From positions 1-26,453 of the IMG/VR virus record IMGVR_UViG_3300016469_000156: a DNA stretch of 26,453 nucleotides; one strand, written 5' to 3'. The notes under the pieces were generated by a model. That model did not search any database. It saw nothing but the letters and a program-made list of their open reading frames with translations, and was not told the DNA's origin. Below, piece after piece: positions 1 to 8,469 of the stretch. Source of the DNA: a virus. Lineage: Duplodnaviria > Caudoviricetes. The number at the start of each line of letters is the position of its first letter. Positions within the stretch are counted from its first letter, which is position 1. A program made the position numbers and the translations under genes.

Positions 1-693
1 ACGGCCTCCTTGTGCCAGATCGCATATGAGGCGGCGGCTCGGGGCTATAATGTCCTGTTTTACTCTCACGAGATGTGGAGTATTGATATCTGGACTCGAA
101 TTTTCTGTCAGCAGGTAGGGATTCGCGGCGACGACTTCGTTCACAGTAGCCTGACCGACGAAGAGAAGAACCAAGTTCGAGAGTTCGTTCAATACTCAGC
201 GCCTCGCACTCTTAGGATCTCCGACTCCGGCGGGAAGACCCCACTATCTCTAAGGGCAGAACTCGCTCGCTTTAAAGCGAAACACGGTGAACCCCATATG
301 GTAATCGTGGATTACCTTCAAAGGATGAAGAGTCCCAATAAGAGTGGCAATCGGTTTCAAGAGGTCTCTGAGATTTCCCGCAGTCTGAAAGACATGTCGA
401 TGGAGTTTGGCACTCGAATGATTGTAGCCGCTCAAGTTAGCCGCGTTGCCGAAAATAGACCTGGGGGCGATAACCGACCCCAGATGAGCGACCTAAGGGA
501 GTCCGGCGACATCGAAGCGGATGCTGATCTAATCCTCTTCCCGCACCGCCCCAGTCTGTACTGGAAGAAAGTCGGACAACCGCCGCCGCCCGATGAACTG
601 ATCGTCGCCAAGAATCGACAAGGGCGAACTGGAATAATTCAGATGGAATACAAAGGCTCTCACTATCGGTTTGTGGAACGAGTTGGCGTGTGA
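1..693 (+). CDS. dnaB: Replicative DNA helicase, DnaB family, C-terminal part (5' truncated by the window)
   Basis: The frame is open from base 1 (T-A-S-L-C-Q-I-A, apparently the tail of Walker A). DnaB motifs present: SHEM, Walker B IVDYLQ, AAQVSR, DLRESGDIEADAD, KNRQG. Confidence 0.95.
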   Translation, partial: TASLCQIAYEAAARGYNVLFYSHEMWSIDIWTRIFCQQVGIRGDDFVHSSLTDEEKNQVREFVQYSAPRTLRISDSGGKTPLSLRAELARFKAKHGEPHMVIVDYLQRMKSPNKSGNRFQEVSEISRSLKDMSMEFGTRMIVAAQVSRVAENRPGGDNRPQMSDLRESGDIEADADLILFPHRPSLYWKKVGQPPPPDELIVAKNRQGRTGIIQMEYKGSHYRFVERVGV

Positions 694-699
694 TAGTAT
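671..699 (+). promoter_or_regulatory. Putative sigma70-type promoter for the 742 gene cluster
   Basis: TTGTGG (671-676), 17-nt spacer, TG-n extended -10 TAGTAT (694-699), at an intergenic gap. Followed by a 12-bp palindrome CTCTCGCGAGAG (710-721). Confidence 0.45.
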
Positions 700-741
700 T
701 GCTCAAGAACTCTCGCGAGAGAACTAAACCAAAAGGACAGA

Positions 742-1023
742 ATGCTATACAAAGTAAACTTTAAGCTAAAAACGGAAGACGGGAAGTCGTACAAGGAATT
801 CATTTACGTCTTAACGGAAAACCAAACGGCGGCGGCAGCAGCAGCGCAGCCGTTCATTGATTCGTTTTACCAAGACGCCAAGGCAAACATCGAGCTTACC
901 TCTGTGACTCATATCCCAGAGGGGACGGTCATCACCTGCCCGATGTCCTTAGAGATGATTCCAGCAAATGCTAAGGCAGAAGATCCGCTTTTGTTCGACA
1001 AGCCGTCCGTACTTATTTCCTAG
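742..1023 (+). CDS. Hypothetical protein (93 aa)
   Basis: ATG start with AAGGA Shine-Dalgarno upstream; fills the gap in the + strand gene string; no recognised motif. Confidence 0.8.
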   Translation: MLYKVNFKLKTEDGKSYKEFIYVLTENQTAAAAAAQPFIDSFYQDAKANIELTSVTHIPEGTVITCPMSLEMIPANAKAEDPLLFDKPSVLIS

Positions 1024-1032
1024 GAACTAGCA

Positions 1033-1830
1033 ATGAGTGATTTTCAAGTAATTCGACGCGCATCACACCCCGCAGCAGCAAAGCTGGAGAAAGATTTTGC
1101 TGATTTGATCCTTGGCACGGACGTTACGGGCGAAGAAAGAGAAATCCTGTCAACGGTCATGGAGAATCCAGACGCCAATATTGAGATTGCCGTCCCGGAG
1201 AACATCGAGACCGACGATCTTTGTCGGTATATTGAGGCTTGCACTAAAGCATTTCGTCGCGTCGGCATGGCGCAGCGAAAGCTAATCCCTGTGCTTGGCC
1301 GATTATTCATACTCGTTCAGTATAGGAAAGATGTTCAAGAGAAGTTTGGCTGCGTGTCGTTCACGCAGTTCATAGAAGAATTTGTTCCACGCAATCTGAA
1401 GGTAAATCGAAACGATGCATATGCTTGCCTTCGGATTGCCCGAGAGTTCCCTCAGATCACGCCGAATTCTTTCGACAAACTGACAATTGCAAAGCTGAAG
1501 GCGATTTCTCGTGCTATTCCGTACAACAAAGGCGCAATCTCTGCTAAGGAAATTCAGACCCGTAACCAGTTGGTCGAGGTAGCAAAAGAGAAAAGCTACG
1601 AGGATCTGATTTACCATATGCACGACATGGGACTTGTTGATAAAGAGCAAGCCATGCCGTCGAAGGTCTTAATTCGGACTAATGAAGAGGGAAAGGCGAA
1701 CTGGGAGAAGATGTTGAAAGATCCCAAGATCCACTCTTACGTTGGCAGCGATAACGAAGGAGCTATCCTTGACGCCATGATAGGAGAGTGTTATATCACA
1801 TGGCTGGCGGTTCAACAGGCAAATGAATAA
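1033..1830 (+). CDS. Hypothetical protein, central segment reminiscent of DUF3102-like phage proteins
   Basis: 265-aa ORF with AGGA SD. The segment LGRLFILVQ...FG..SFTQFIEE...RNDAYACLRIAREF resembles the DUF3102 pattern; the family call is weak. Confidence 0.6.
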   Translation: MSDFQVIRRASHPAAAKLEKDFADLILGTDVTGEEREILSTVMENPDANIEIAVPENIETDDLCRYIEACTKAFRRVGMAQRKLIPVLGRLFILVQYRKDVQEKFGCVSFTQFIEEFVPRNLKVNRNDAYACLRIAREFPQITPNSFDKLTIAKLKAISRAIPYNKGAISAKEIQTRNQLVEVAKEKSYEDLIYHMHDMGLVDKEQAMPSKVLIRTNEEGKANWEKMLKDPKIHSYVGSDNEGAILDAMIGECYITWLAVQQANE

Positions 1831-2164
1831 ATCAACGCTAGAGAAGGTCACCGGCTGGAAGGTGATCAAGATGAGCAGAGAAAGCTATGGGCTGGCGGAG
1901 ACAGAAGACTCCGCCCCCACTTATGTCGAGAAAGGCAAAAAAGAGGGAGTCGTTTTCGACAAGCTGCACCAAGCTTTCTGGAAGGCTCGAAAGGAAAAGG
2001 TATTTGAGCGAGACAACTGGCGATGCCGTCAATGCTCTAGCGTTTTGCAGCTACAGGTTGACCACATCGTTAATCGAAGCTGCGGTGGAACGCATGACAT
2101 GGAGAACCTTCAAGTACTATGCGCGAACTGCCATCATTACAAGACGATGCGCCTCTCGAAATAA
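1823..2164 (+). CDS. HNH endonuclease
   Basis: VFERDNWRCRQC...LQVDHIVNRSCGGTHDMENLQVLCANCH: two CxxC pairs plus the DH..N..H HNH core. Confidence 0.92.
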   Translation: MNKSTLEKVTGWKVIKMSRESYGLAETEDSAPTYVEKGKKEGVVFDKLHQAFWKARKEKVFERDNWRCRQCSSVLQLQVDHIVNRSCGGTHDMENLQVLCANCHHYKTMRLSK

Positions 2165-2541
2165 CAATCAAGGCCGACGTTATCAGCAAGAAAAACGCTT
2201 ATGCGTCGGGCCGAGGCGGCAGAAGATTCAAGCCTAAGCGAGTCGTAGACGCCGAAGAGACGGCTATGTTTCAAATCCCGCATGAGTACTACTGCTTGAA
2301 CTTGCAGCATCCGGCGATAGAGTTCAAAGCATACCTGCCGAAGAAACTATGGTCAATGGACCGAGATGGCGTTTGGACGACGATCCTTGATTATCTAGTA
2401 AAAGCCCAAGTCCTGAAAGACGACAACGTAAGGAATTTCAATGCTCCGGTATACTTCCACCCGGTATCGGAGTCGAATGAGAAAATCTTCAAGCTAAGGA
2501 TTTATCCGAATGGAAAGCTCAATATCAGTACGGACCTCTGA
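2119..2541 (+). CDS. RusA-like Holliday junction resolvase
   Basis: N-terminal SKKN strand and the acidic pattern DRDG....ILDYLVKAQVLKDDN match the RusA pattern D-x-D-N..LD.L......DD. Start codon uncertain (46-nt overlap with the HNH gene). Confidence 0.7.
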   Translation: MRELPSLQDDAPLEITIKADVISKKNAYASGRGGRRFKPKRVVDAEETAMFQIPHEYYCLNLQHPAIEFKAYLPKKLWSMDRDGVWTTILDYLVKAQVLKDDNVRNFNAPVYFHPVSESNEKIFKLRIYPNGKLNISTDL

Positions 2542-3898
2542 CATCTATCACGCCGCCACGCTCCTACTCCAAACCGGAAACGTGGGGCTAGAACGCGCCA
2601 CGCGGCTGCTGGAATCCATAGCCGGAAAGGATGGCGATACGGATCGAGACGTGGCATACAGCGCCCTCAGTTCCGCGCTGCTCAAGACGGGAGACGCCGA
2701 CAGGGCGCTGAAATACGCCAATAAGGCCCTGGAAATAAGTCAGCAGCCGATGTATTACGCCAATCTGGCGCAGGTGCAGATGTATCAGCACAAGCCCCTT
2801 GAGGCAATAGAGTCTTGCGAGTCCGGATTTAAGGCACTGGCCCAGGCTGACGTCTTTGACGATCAAGCCAACAACCAACTATTACTCAAACAAGCCAGCG
2901 CCTTCAATATGGCCCGAATGTACAAGAACGCAAGGCTACAACTGGAGAAGCTTCCTGGTCGGCCAGACTTCAAAACATACCTAGGGATGTCGCGGATGGC
3001 GGAATGCGATCCGACCATCTTCAGTGCCGGGTTCCAAGCCTACGGCGCTAGGCGGGAAGCGTACAAGGCCATGGTGCCAAAGGTTATTCATGACTCGATA
3101 TTTCGGCGCATTGAATTAATGGGCTATTGCGACTGGAACATCCTCCTAGAGCAGGGCTTAGGCGACTGCGTCATGATGCTTCCGTATATCTTGGATCTAA
3201 AGAAGCCCAGCGAGTCTTCTGGGCACAAGCGGAAGATTCGTATAATCTCACTCGACGGGCGGCACGATGATTTCGTAAACGACGTCGCCAAATTCTTCTG
3301 TGACGACATCATCAGAGCTAAGTGCATCTCCTCGCAAGATCTTCACCAAGTAAGCGGCGGCTTTCTGTGGATGTTCGACCTGCTAGTGGACGGCATCAAG
3401 CGACAAGCGCCGTATATCCAAATGGAGAAGCAGATTGTTGATCTTGCGTCTCAGTATCGCGGAAAGGTCGGGATCTGCTGGCGCGGGAATCGGCTGCATC
3501 AGAACGACCACTGGAGGAGTGCTTCGATCAATGACTTTATGCCAATCATAGACAAGTACGGAGAGGACTGCGTGTCTCTTCAATATGGACTGACCCAAGA
3601 AGAGAGGCAGTTGCTGAATTCCTTTCAGGTCGACAAGTGGGAGACTAAGGGATTGACCGCGCTGATTGCGGTTCTCTCAAACCTGAAATCCGTAATTACT
3701 GTGGATACCGCCATCTCGCATTTAGCTGGAGCAGTTGGCGTTAAATGCGTCACTCTACTTCCGACGAATCCAGACTGGCGGTGGGGAAATCACGGCAGCG
3801 AATCTCGGCCTTACGGTGACAGCCATCGGCTAGCGCGTCAAATCAAATGCGGAGACTGGAGCGATCCAGTCAATGAAGCGATGAGGGTGATCGCTTGA
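2510..3898 (+). CDS. TPR-repeat protein with C-terminal GT9-like (GT-B) glycosyltransferase domain
   Basis: N-terminal helical TPR-like repeats (AYSALSSALLKTGDADRALKYANKALE; YYANLAQVQMYQHKPLEAIESCE). C-terminal motifs EQGLGD, VGICWRG, SLQYG, VITVDTAISHLAGAVG and DWRWG are typical of TPR-GT9 proteins. Confidence 0.85.
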   Translation: MESSISVRTSDIYHAATLLLQTGNVGLERATRLLESIAGKDGDTDRDVAYSALSSALLKTGDADRALKYANKALEISQQPMYYANLAQVQMYQHKPLEAIESCESGFKALAQADVFDDQANNQLLLKQASAFNMARMYKNARLQLEKLPGRPDFKTYLGMSRMAECDPTIFSAGFQAYGARREAYKAMVPKVIHDSIFRRIELMGYCDWNILLEQGLGDCVMMLPYILDLKKPSESSGHKRKIRIISLDGRHDDFVNDVAKFFCDDIIRAKCISSQDLHQVSGGFLWMFDLLVDGIKRQAPYIQMEKQIVDLASQYRGKVGICWRGNRLHQNDHWRSASINDFMPIIDKYGEDCVSLQYGLTQEERQLLNSFQVDKWETKGLTALIAVLSNLKSVITVDTAISHLAGAVGVKCVTLLPTNPDWRWGNHGSESRPYGDSHRLARQIKCGDWSDPVNEAMRVIA

Positions 3899-5028
3899 AG
3901 AAATTTGGATGCTATTTGCCTAAAGCCGGAGCCTACGGATGGGGCCGGTGTTCAGAGAACGTGATGCCGCACTTGGGCAAATACGGCATTTTTACTGGCG
4001 AGGCGACCATGCTTCATCCACCAAGGGAAGATTCAGCCATTGCGTTATCTGCGATATCTGACTTCCGGTTTCAATACACTTCCGACAAGGTCGGAAAGTA
4101 CAACGTCGGATATGGCTTCATCGAAAACAACATCTTAGCCGAGCAGAATTCTTACTACGCCCGCCGTCTATGGGACGTGATCGTCTGCGGGTCTTCGTGG
4201 ATGAGAGACTGGCTGTCGAATGTCCTTGAGACAGAGTGCGGGATAGCGGTTCAAGGAGTTGATTTTGACGCATTTCGGCCAGGGCCAAAGCGTAGCACTG
4301 CCGACAAAGAGAGAGAGGTGTTCACCATTGGCTCTTTCGGTAAATTTGAGTTCCGGAAGGGCCAAGACATCGTAATTAAGGCGGTGTCCATATTTCAGCA
4401 GATGCATCCCGAAGTCCATTTGGTATACAACTGGACAAATCCGTGGCCTGGACTGATGCGAGATTTTGCGTGGAATTCTAACACCTTGGTCAAGATGCCA
4501 TATTCCCTGCAAGACGCTTGGTATAAAAATGATGAGCATGCATTCTTTGATGCGGTCCTGCAAAGAAACAAGGTCTCAAACGGAAAAAACGTCTGCCTCT
4601 GGCCTATGAGAGACGCCTATTTGGCTTGCGACGTTGCGCTTTTTCCTAATCGCTGTGAGGCAGGGACCAACCTTTGTCTAATGGAAGCATTAGCCTGCGG
4701 CGTCCCTTGTATCGTCACGGACGCGACTGGGCATACTGACATCACTAGATCTGACGAATACCCGCACAAAGACCTCTTGCTGACATGTGGAGAGAGCAGG
4801 GTTTTTTACCAAGGAGGCGAACCGCTTGGAGAATGGCACAGCCCCTGTGTTGATGAAGTGGTTTCAAAACTAGAACTAGCATATCGAACGCGAGATAATT
4901 TAGAGAGCAGAAGGAATTCCTCTGGACTAAGCAAAGATCTCTCGTGGCGCAAAACGGCTGACGACTTATATTTCAATATGAACACATTAAGCGGGCTGGC
5001 TGGCGTGTACGATCGACTACATCCCTGA
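3895..5028 (+). CDS. Glycosyltransferase family 4 (GT-B)
   Basis: Motifs QGVDFDAFRP, GKFEFRKGQDIVIKA and PNRCEAGTNLCLMEALACGVPCIVT (E...E donor-binding motif). TTG start overlaps the previous stop by 4 nt. Confidence 0.9.
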   Translation: MKKFGCYLPKAGAYGWGRCSENVMPHLGKYGIFTGEATMLHPPREDSAIALSAISDFRFQYTSDKVGKYNVGYGFIENNILAEQNSYYARRLWDVIVCGSSWMRDWLSNVLETECGIAVQGVDFDAFRPGPKRSTADKEREVFTIGSFGKFEFRKGQDIVIKAVSIFQQMHPEVHLVYNWTNPWPGLMRDFAWNSNTLVKMPYSLQDAWYKNDEHAFFDAVLQRNKVSNGKNVCLWPMRDAYLACDVALFPNRCEAGTNLCLMEALACGVPCIVTDATGHTDITRSDEYPHKDLLLTCGESRVFYQGGEPLGEWHSPCVDEVVSKLELAYRTRDNLESRRNSSGLSKDLSWRKTADDLYFNMNTLSGLAGVYDRLHP

Positions 5029-5051
5029 CAAGGCTTTGCCTGAAGATGGGC

Positions 5052-5060
5052 TGATAGACT
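5052..5060 (+). promoter_or_regulatory. Putative extended -10 promoter giving a leaderless mRNA
   Basis: TG-a-TAGACT, then exactly 6 nt (ATCTCT), then ATG at 5067; no SD present. Confidence 0.45.
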
Positions 5061-5066
5061 ATCTCT

Positions 5067-6314
5067 ATGGATTACCGTAAAGTCATTGAAGACGCTGGCT
5101 ATTCTGTCGAAAACATCGGCAGGTATAAGCTGGCCGCGCTACTCGGATGCGGCGAAAAGAAAGCGAGAAAGATCGTGGCGTCCCTTCGCGCTGAAAGCGG
5201 TCCCGGGAAAGCGGCTTCGCATGAATATGTCGGAGACAAGTGGAACATCACTCTGGATAAAACCAGAATTCATACGCTGGAAGACCTGATACGCTTTTTC
5301 AAGGTAGATCTATCAACTTGGGAAGTAGAGAGATTCGTCTGCAATAGTTGGGAAGTAGGAGCCAAGGACGCAGCCGGGAAGGTTCAGACCACACCGCTCT
5401 ATCAGGTAAAGGCGACATTCCGGCGTCTGGTTGCGGCAAATATTGAAACCGTCAAGAAGGCGCTAGAGGAAGTTCGCAGGGATTTCATAAAGAATCCAGT
5501 ACAACTGCCAAGGAGACTTCGGTCCGTTGAGGACGAGGGCTTGGATATTGCACTGGAAATCAGCGTCTTCGACGCTCATTTCGGGAAGCTGGCGTGGGAC
5601 GAGGAAACGGGATGGGGGAACTACAACACAGCAATCGCGGTTGCGGAATACGAAAAAGCCGTGGATGCCATATTAAGCCGGTGCTTCTACAGCCTCGGCA
5701 GAATCGTATATGTAGTTGGGAACGATATTCTGAACAGCGACAATCGTGAGGGAACCACCACCAAGGGTACGCCCCAGTCAAACGACTCCCGATACCATAA
5801 GGTCTTTGAGTCGGTCCTGAAGACGATCATCCGACAGATTGAGAAGATGAAGGCATGGTGCGCGGTGGACGTAATTTTCGTCAGCGGTAATCATGACGAC
5901 CTGTCTGTCTGGCATCTTGGCAATTGCGTCAGTATCACCTATGCCAATGACCCTGACGTCACCGTGTACAATGATCCACGGCAGCGAAAGTACTGGAGCT
6001 GGGGCGAAAACCTGCTGATGTTTGAACACGGCGAAAAAGGGGCGCACAAGGACAAGCCCCTAATGATGGCCGTTGAGCAACCGGACTTATGGGCGAAAAG
6101 CAAAATCCGAGAGGTTCATCTCGGACATTTGCATCAAGAGCGAGTCTATGAAAAGATGGGTGTTAAAGTTCGCGTCATTCCGGCGCTTTGCCCTCCAGAC
6201 CACTACCACTCATCTCAAGGATACGTTGGAAACGTCGCGGGGGCGCAAGGCTTTATCTGGAGCAAAGAAAACGGGCTGATCGGGACCATAGAGTATTCAA
6301 TAAAGGAGAAATAG
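5067..6314 (+). CDS. Calcineurin-like metallophosphoesterase with N-terminal HTH-like segment
   Basis: All five motifs in order: DAHFG, GND, GNHD, EHG, GHLH. N-terminal GRYKLAALLGCGEKKARKIV looks like an HTH. Confidence 0.88.
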   Translation: MDYRKVIEDAGYSVENIGRYKLAALLGCGEKKARKIVASLRAESGPGKAASHEYVGDKWNITLDKTRIHTLEDLIRFFKVDLSTWEVERFVCNSWEVGAKDAAGKVQTTPLYQVKATFRRLVAANIETVKKALEEVRRDFIKNPVQLPRRLRSVEDEGLDIALEISVFDAHFGKLAWDEETGWGNYNTAIAVAEYEKAVDAILSRCFYSLGRIVYVVGNDILNSDNREGTTTKGTPQSNDSRYHKVFESVLKTIIRQIEKMKAWCAVDVIFVSGNHDDLSVWHLGNCVSITYANDPDVTVYNDPRQRKYWSWGENLLMFEHGEKGAHKDKPLMMAVEQPDLWAKSKIREVHLGHLHQERVYEKMGVKVRVIPALCPPDHYHSSQGYVGNVAGAQGFIWSKENGLIGTIEYSIKEK

Positions 6315-6315
6315 A

Positions 6316-6558
6316 ATGATAATTCCGGTTTATGAAGTTTGGGGAGACAGCGACGGATACAAGCAGGCAACCGTAACCCCCCACGATTCCGACTACGGAT
6401 CAATCGAGATAAAGGTATTCCAACACTGGATCTGCGAAGCGTCTGACAATGAAGTCCGTTTAATAATCCACGACCTAGAGCAGGCCAAGTCCTTCATCAC
6501 GGCGATTAAAGAGGTCGTTAGGAACGTCGAGAATTATCAAAAAGAATCGGAGAGTTAG
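6316..6558 (+). CDS. Hypothetical protein (80 aa)
   Basis: Strong SD AAGGAG; starts 1 nt after the previous stop. Confidence 0.8.
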   Translation: MIIPVYEVWGDSDGYKQATVTPHDSDYGSIEIKVFQHWICEASDNEVRLIIHDLEQAKSFITAIKEVVRNVENYQKESES

Positions 6559-6562
6559 CGGG

Positions 6563-6889
6563 ATGAGTCGACCGGTCAAATATGGATACCACGGGTTGGA
6601 TAAAGACCTAGCCGATCTAATGGGCGGACTAGATGGGTGGCGGGAAATCGTGGAAAGTCTCTATGACGATCTAGTCGCCATGGGATGGAGTCGGGATCTT
6701 TTTCAAATCAAGGAGAAGTTCGGCGGACTGCGGTTCTATATCGGCGAAGGCTCCAGTGAAATATTTGACCGTATCGCCAAAGCGGAGAATACCTCTCTCG
6801 CAACCTGCATGGTATGCGGAAATCCGGGAAGACGAACTGGAAAGGGATGGATCTTGACGCTGTGTGAAGATCACGAGCAGGGCAGATGA
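6563..6889 (+). CDS. Conserved phage hypothetical protein (QIKEKFGGLRFY family) with a putative Zn site
   Basis: QIKEKFGGLRFY motif plus C-terminal CMVCGNPG...GWILTLCEDH. Confidence 0.8.
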   Translation: MSRPVKYGYHGLDKDLADLMGGLDGWREIVESLYDDLVAMGWSRDLFQIKEKFGGLRFYIGEGSSEIFDRIAKAENTSLATCMVCGNPGRRTGKGWILTLCEDHEQGR

Positions 6890-7188
6890 ACTACTGGATC
6901 TTGATTCCAATTCTCATAGCGCAGCAGTTCAGCTATGTCTTAGTCAGCCGCGCCCGAAACAGCAACAGTATCATGTACGGAACTATTGGCTCGGTGGCAT
7001 CAAACTGCACCTACTTCGTTGGTCAGATCCTCATGGTCGACCAATTTATGAAGATACTCCGAGAATCCAACATGCGCCACGCCATAGTGCTTGGCGCTAT
7101 CTATATAACAACAATGACGCTTACCGCATCTGCGTCCCAGTGGATATGTATGCGTTGGTTTGAGAAAGGGAAAAATGATCCACGCTAA
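6886..7188 (+). CDS. Small membrane protein
   Basis: ATGA overlap with the previous gene; about three hydrophobic segments in 100 aa. Confidence 0.7.
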   Translation: MNYWILIPILIAQQFSYVLVSRARNSNSIMYGTIGSVASNCTYFVGQILMVDQFMKILRESNMRHAIVLGAIYITTMTLTASASQWICMRWFEKGKNDPR

Positions 7189-7999
7189 GGTAATCGCAGA
7201 CTCAATAAATCGCTTAGGGCATAGGCTTACGACCCTAGAGCTGAACATGCACCGTTTCATCTTGGCAGAATTGAATACGCATCGTGCGCTGTCAAGGAAC
7301 TCGGCCAGCTCACGCGCTATTCCCGTGCGAAAGATGATAGAAACAGTTCTTGAGAGTCCGGCTGTTCCGATTGAGTTCGGGACAGCAAAGAAAGGAATGC
7401 AGGCCGGTCCTCCGCTTGAGGGCAAGGACGCAGAAATAGCCAAGGATATATGGATTGATGCCTCCAGGTCCGCATGTGTTCACGCTGAAGAACTGCTAGC
7501 TATGGGAGTCCATAAGCAAGTCGTTAATCGAATTCTTGAGCCATTCCTACCCCATCGGGTTATCGTATCCGCTACAGAGTGGGAGAACTTTTTCGCACAG
7601 CGATGCAGTCCGTTGGCGCAGCCAGAGATCAATGTACTTGCCTGCGCGATCCGGGACGCCATGAAAGCAAGCGAGCCGAAGGTCCTTCACTTTGAAGAAT
7701 GGCACATGCCGTACATCACGGAGGAGGACAGGGAGCAGATTGGTAAATTAGATTGCGCCAAGGTATCCGCCGCACGTTGCGCTCGGGTCTCGTACCTTAC
7801 CCATGAAGGAAAGCGCGACATCCAAGTAGATCTAGAGCTATTTAGCAAGCTGGTATCTGCCAAGCCTCCGCACTGGTCGCCCCTGGAGCATGTCGCTTGC
7901 CCCTATGGCCGAATCGCCGAGAAGAACTTTCGTGGATGGACACAGCTCCGCTGGTTTTGCGAAGAGAACCAAATACATCGCCTAGTGACAAAGGGATAG
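7175..7999 (+). CDS. thyX: Flavin-dependent thymidylate synthase ThyX (phage type)
   Basis: AELNTHRALSRNSASSRAIP (RHR...S.R-like motif), HKQVVNRILEPF, SAARCARVSY, HWSPLEHVA. ATG at 7175 preferred over TTG at 7160. Confidence 0.92.
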   Translation: MIHAKVIADSINRLGHRLTTLELNMHRFILAELNTHRALSRNSASSRAIPVRKMIETVLESPAVPIEFGTAKKGMQAGPPLEGKDAEIAKDIWIDASRSACVHAEELLAMGVHKQVVNRILEPFLPHRVIVSATEWENFFAQRCSPLAQPEINVLACAIRDAMKASEPKVLHFEEWHMPYITEEDREQIGKLDCAKVSAARCARVSYLTHEGKRDIQVDLELFSKLVSAKPPHWSPLEHVACPYGRIAEKNFRGWTQLRWFCEENQIHRLVTKG

Positions 8000-8001
8000 T
8001 C

Positions 8002-8217
8002 ATGATTGAACAAGACTCTGTAAACAGGCCAGCCCATTACACCCAAGGGCCAATGGAAGTGATCGACATTATTGAACAGTACGGATTCTGCAACGATTTC
8101 CGCCTAGGCAACTGCATTAAATACTTGTTCCGGCATAAGCTGAAAGGCGGCGAACTGGAAGACCTAAAGAAGGCCCGTTGGTACTTGGACCGATACATTA
8201 ACAGCAAATCGCAGTAA
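8002..8217 (+). CDS. DUF3310 family phage protein
   Basis: DSVNRPAHYTQG.MEVIDII...GNCIKYLFR..LKGG.LEDLKKARWYL. ATG at 8002 lies just after the thyX stop. Confidence 0.9.
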   Translation: MIEQDSVNRPAHYTQGPMEVIDIIEQYGFCNDFRLGNCIKYLFRHKLKGGELEDLKKARWYLDRYINSKSQ

Positions 8218-8259
8218 GGTAAATTGACTAGCGAAAGCCGTGAACAAAAAAACTTAATC

Positions 8260-8442
8260 ATGTCTAGTCCGTGTATCAAGAAGTGCGTCTTACAGGAAGG
8301 CACTTGCACTGGATGCGGGAGAACAGTAGCGGAGATCGCTAGCTGGATGTCAATGGACAATGAGCGGCGCGGGGAGATCCTTCGCAGGTTGATAGCCAAT
8401 CAAGATATTGCACGAAAGGACATTGAGAAGCCCTATCAGTAG
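8260..8442 (+). CDS. DUF1289 family small Cys-rich (predicted Fe-S) protein
   Basis: SPCIKKC......CTGCGRTVAEIASW..M....R..IL. Alternative TTG start at 8224. Confidence 0.85.
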   Translation: MSSPCIKKCVLQEGTCTGCGRTVAEIASWMSMDNERRGEILRRLIANQDIARKDIEKPYQ

Positions 8443-8451
8443 TGGTAGTAT
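8398..8451 (+). promoter_or_regulatory. Putative nrdJ promoter overlapped by two candidate NrdR boxes
   Basis: TTGAGA (8423-8428), 17 nt, TG-n-TAGTAT (8446-8451). NrdR-like 16-mers aatCAAGATATTGcac (8398-8413) and gccCTATCAGTAGtgg (8430-8445) start 32 bp apart. Confidence 0.55.
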
Positions 8452-8469
8452 GGTATTTCGGTCAAAAAT

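Noticed and set aside
7897-8001. Longer N-terminus for the DUF3310 gene (ORF track start 7897)
   Set aside because: It overlaps thyX by about 100 nt, and the family motif begins right after ATG 8002.
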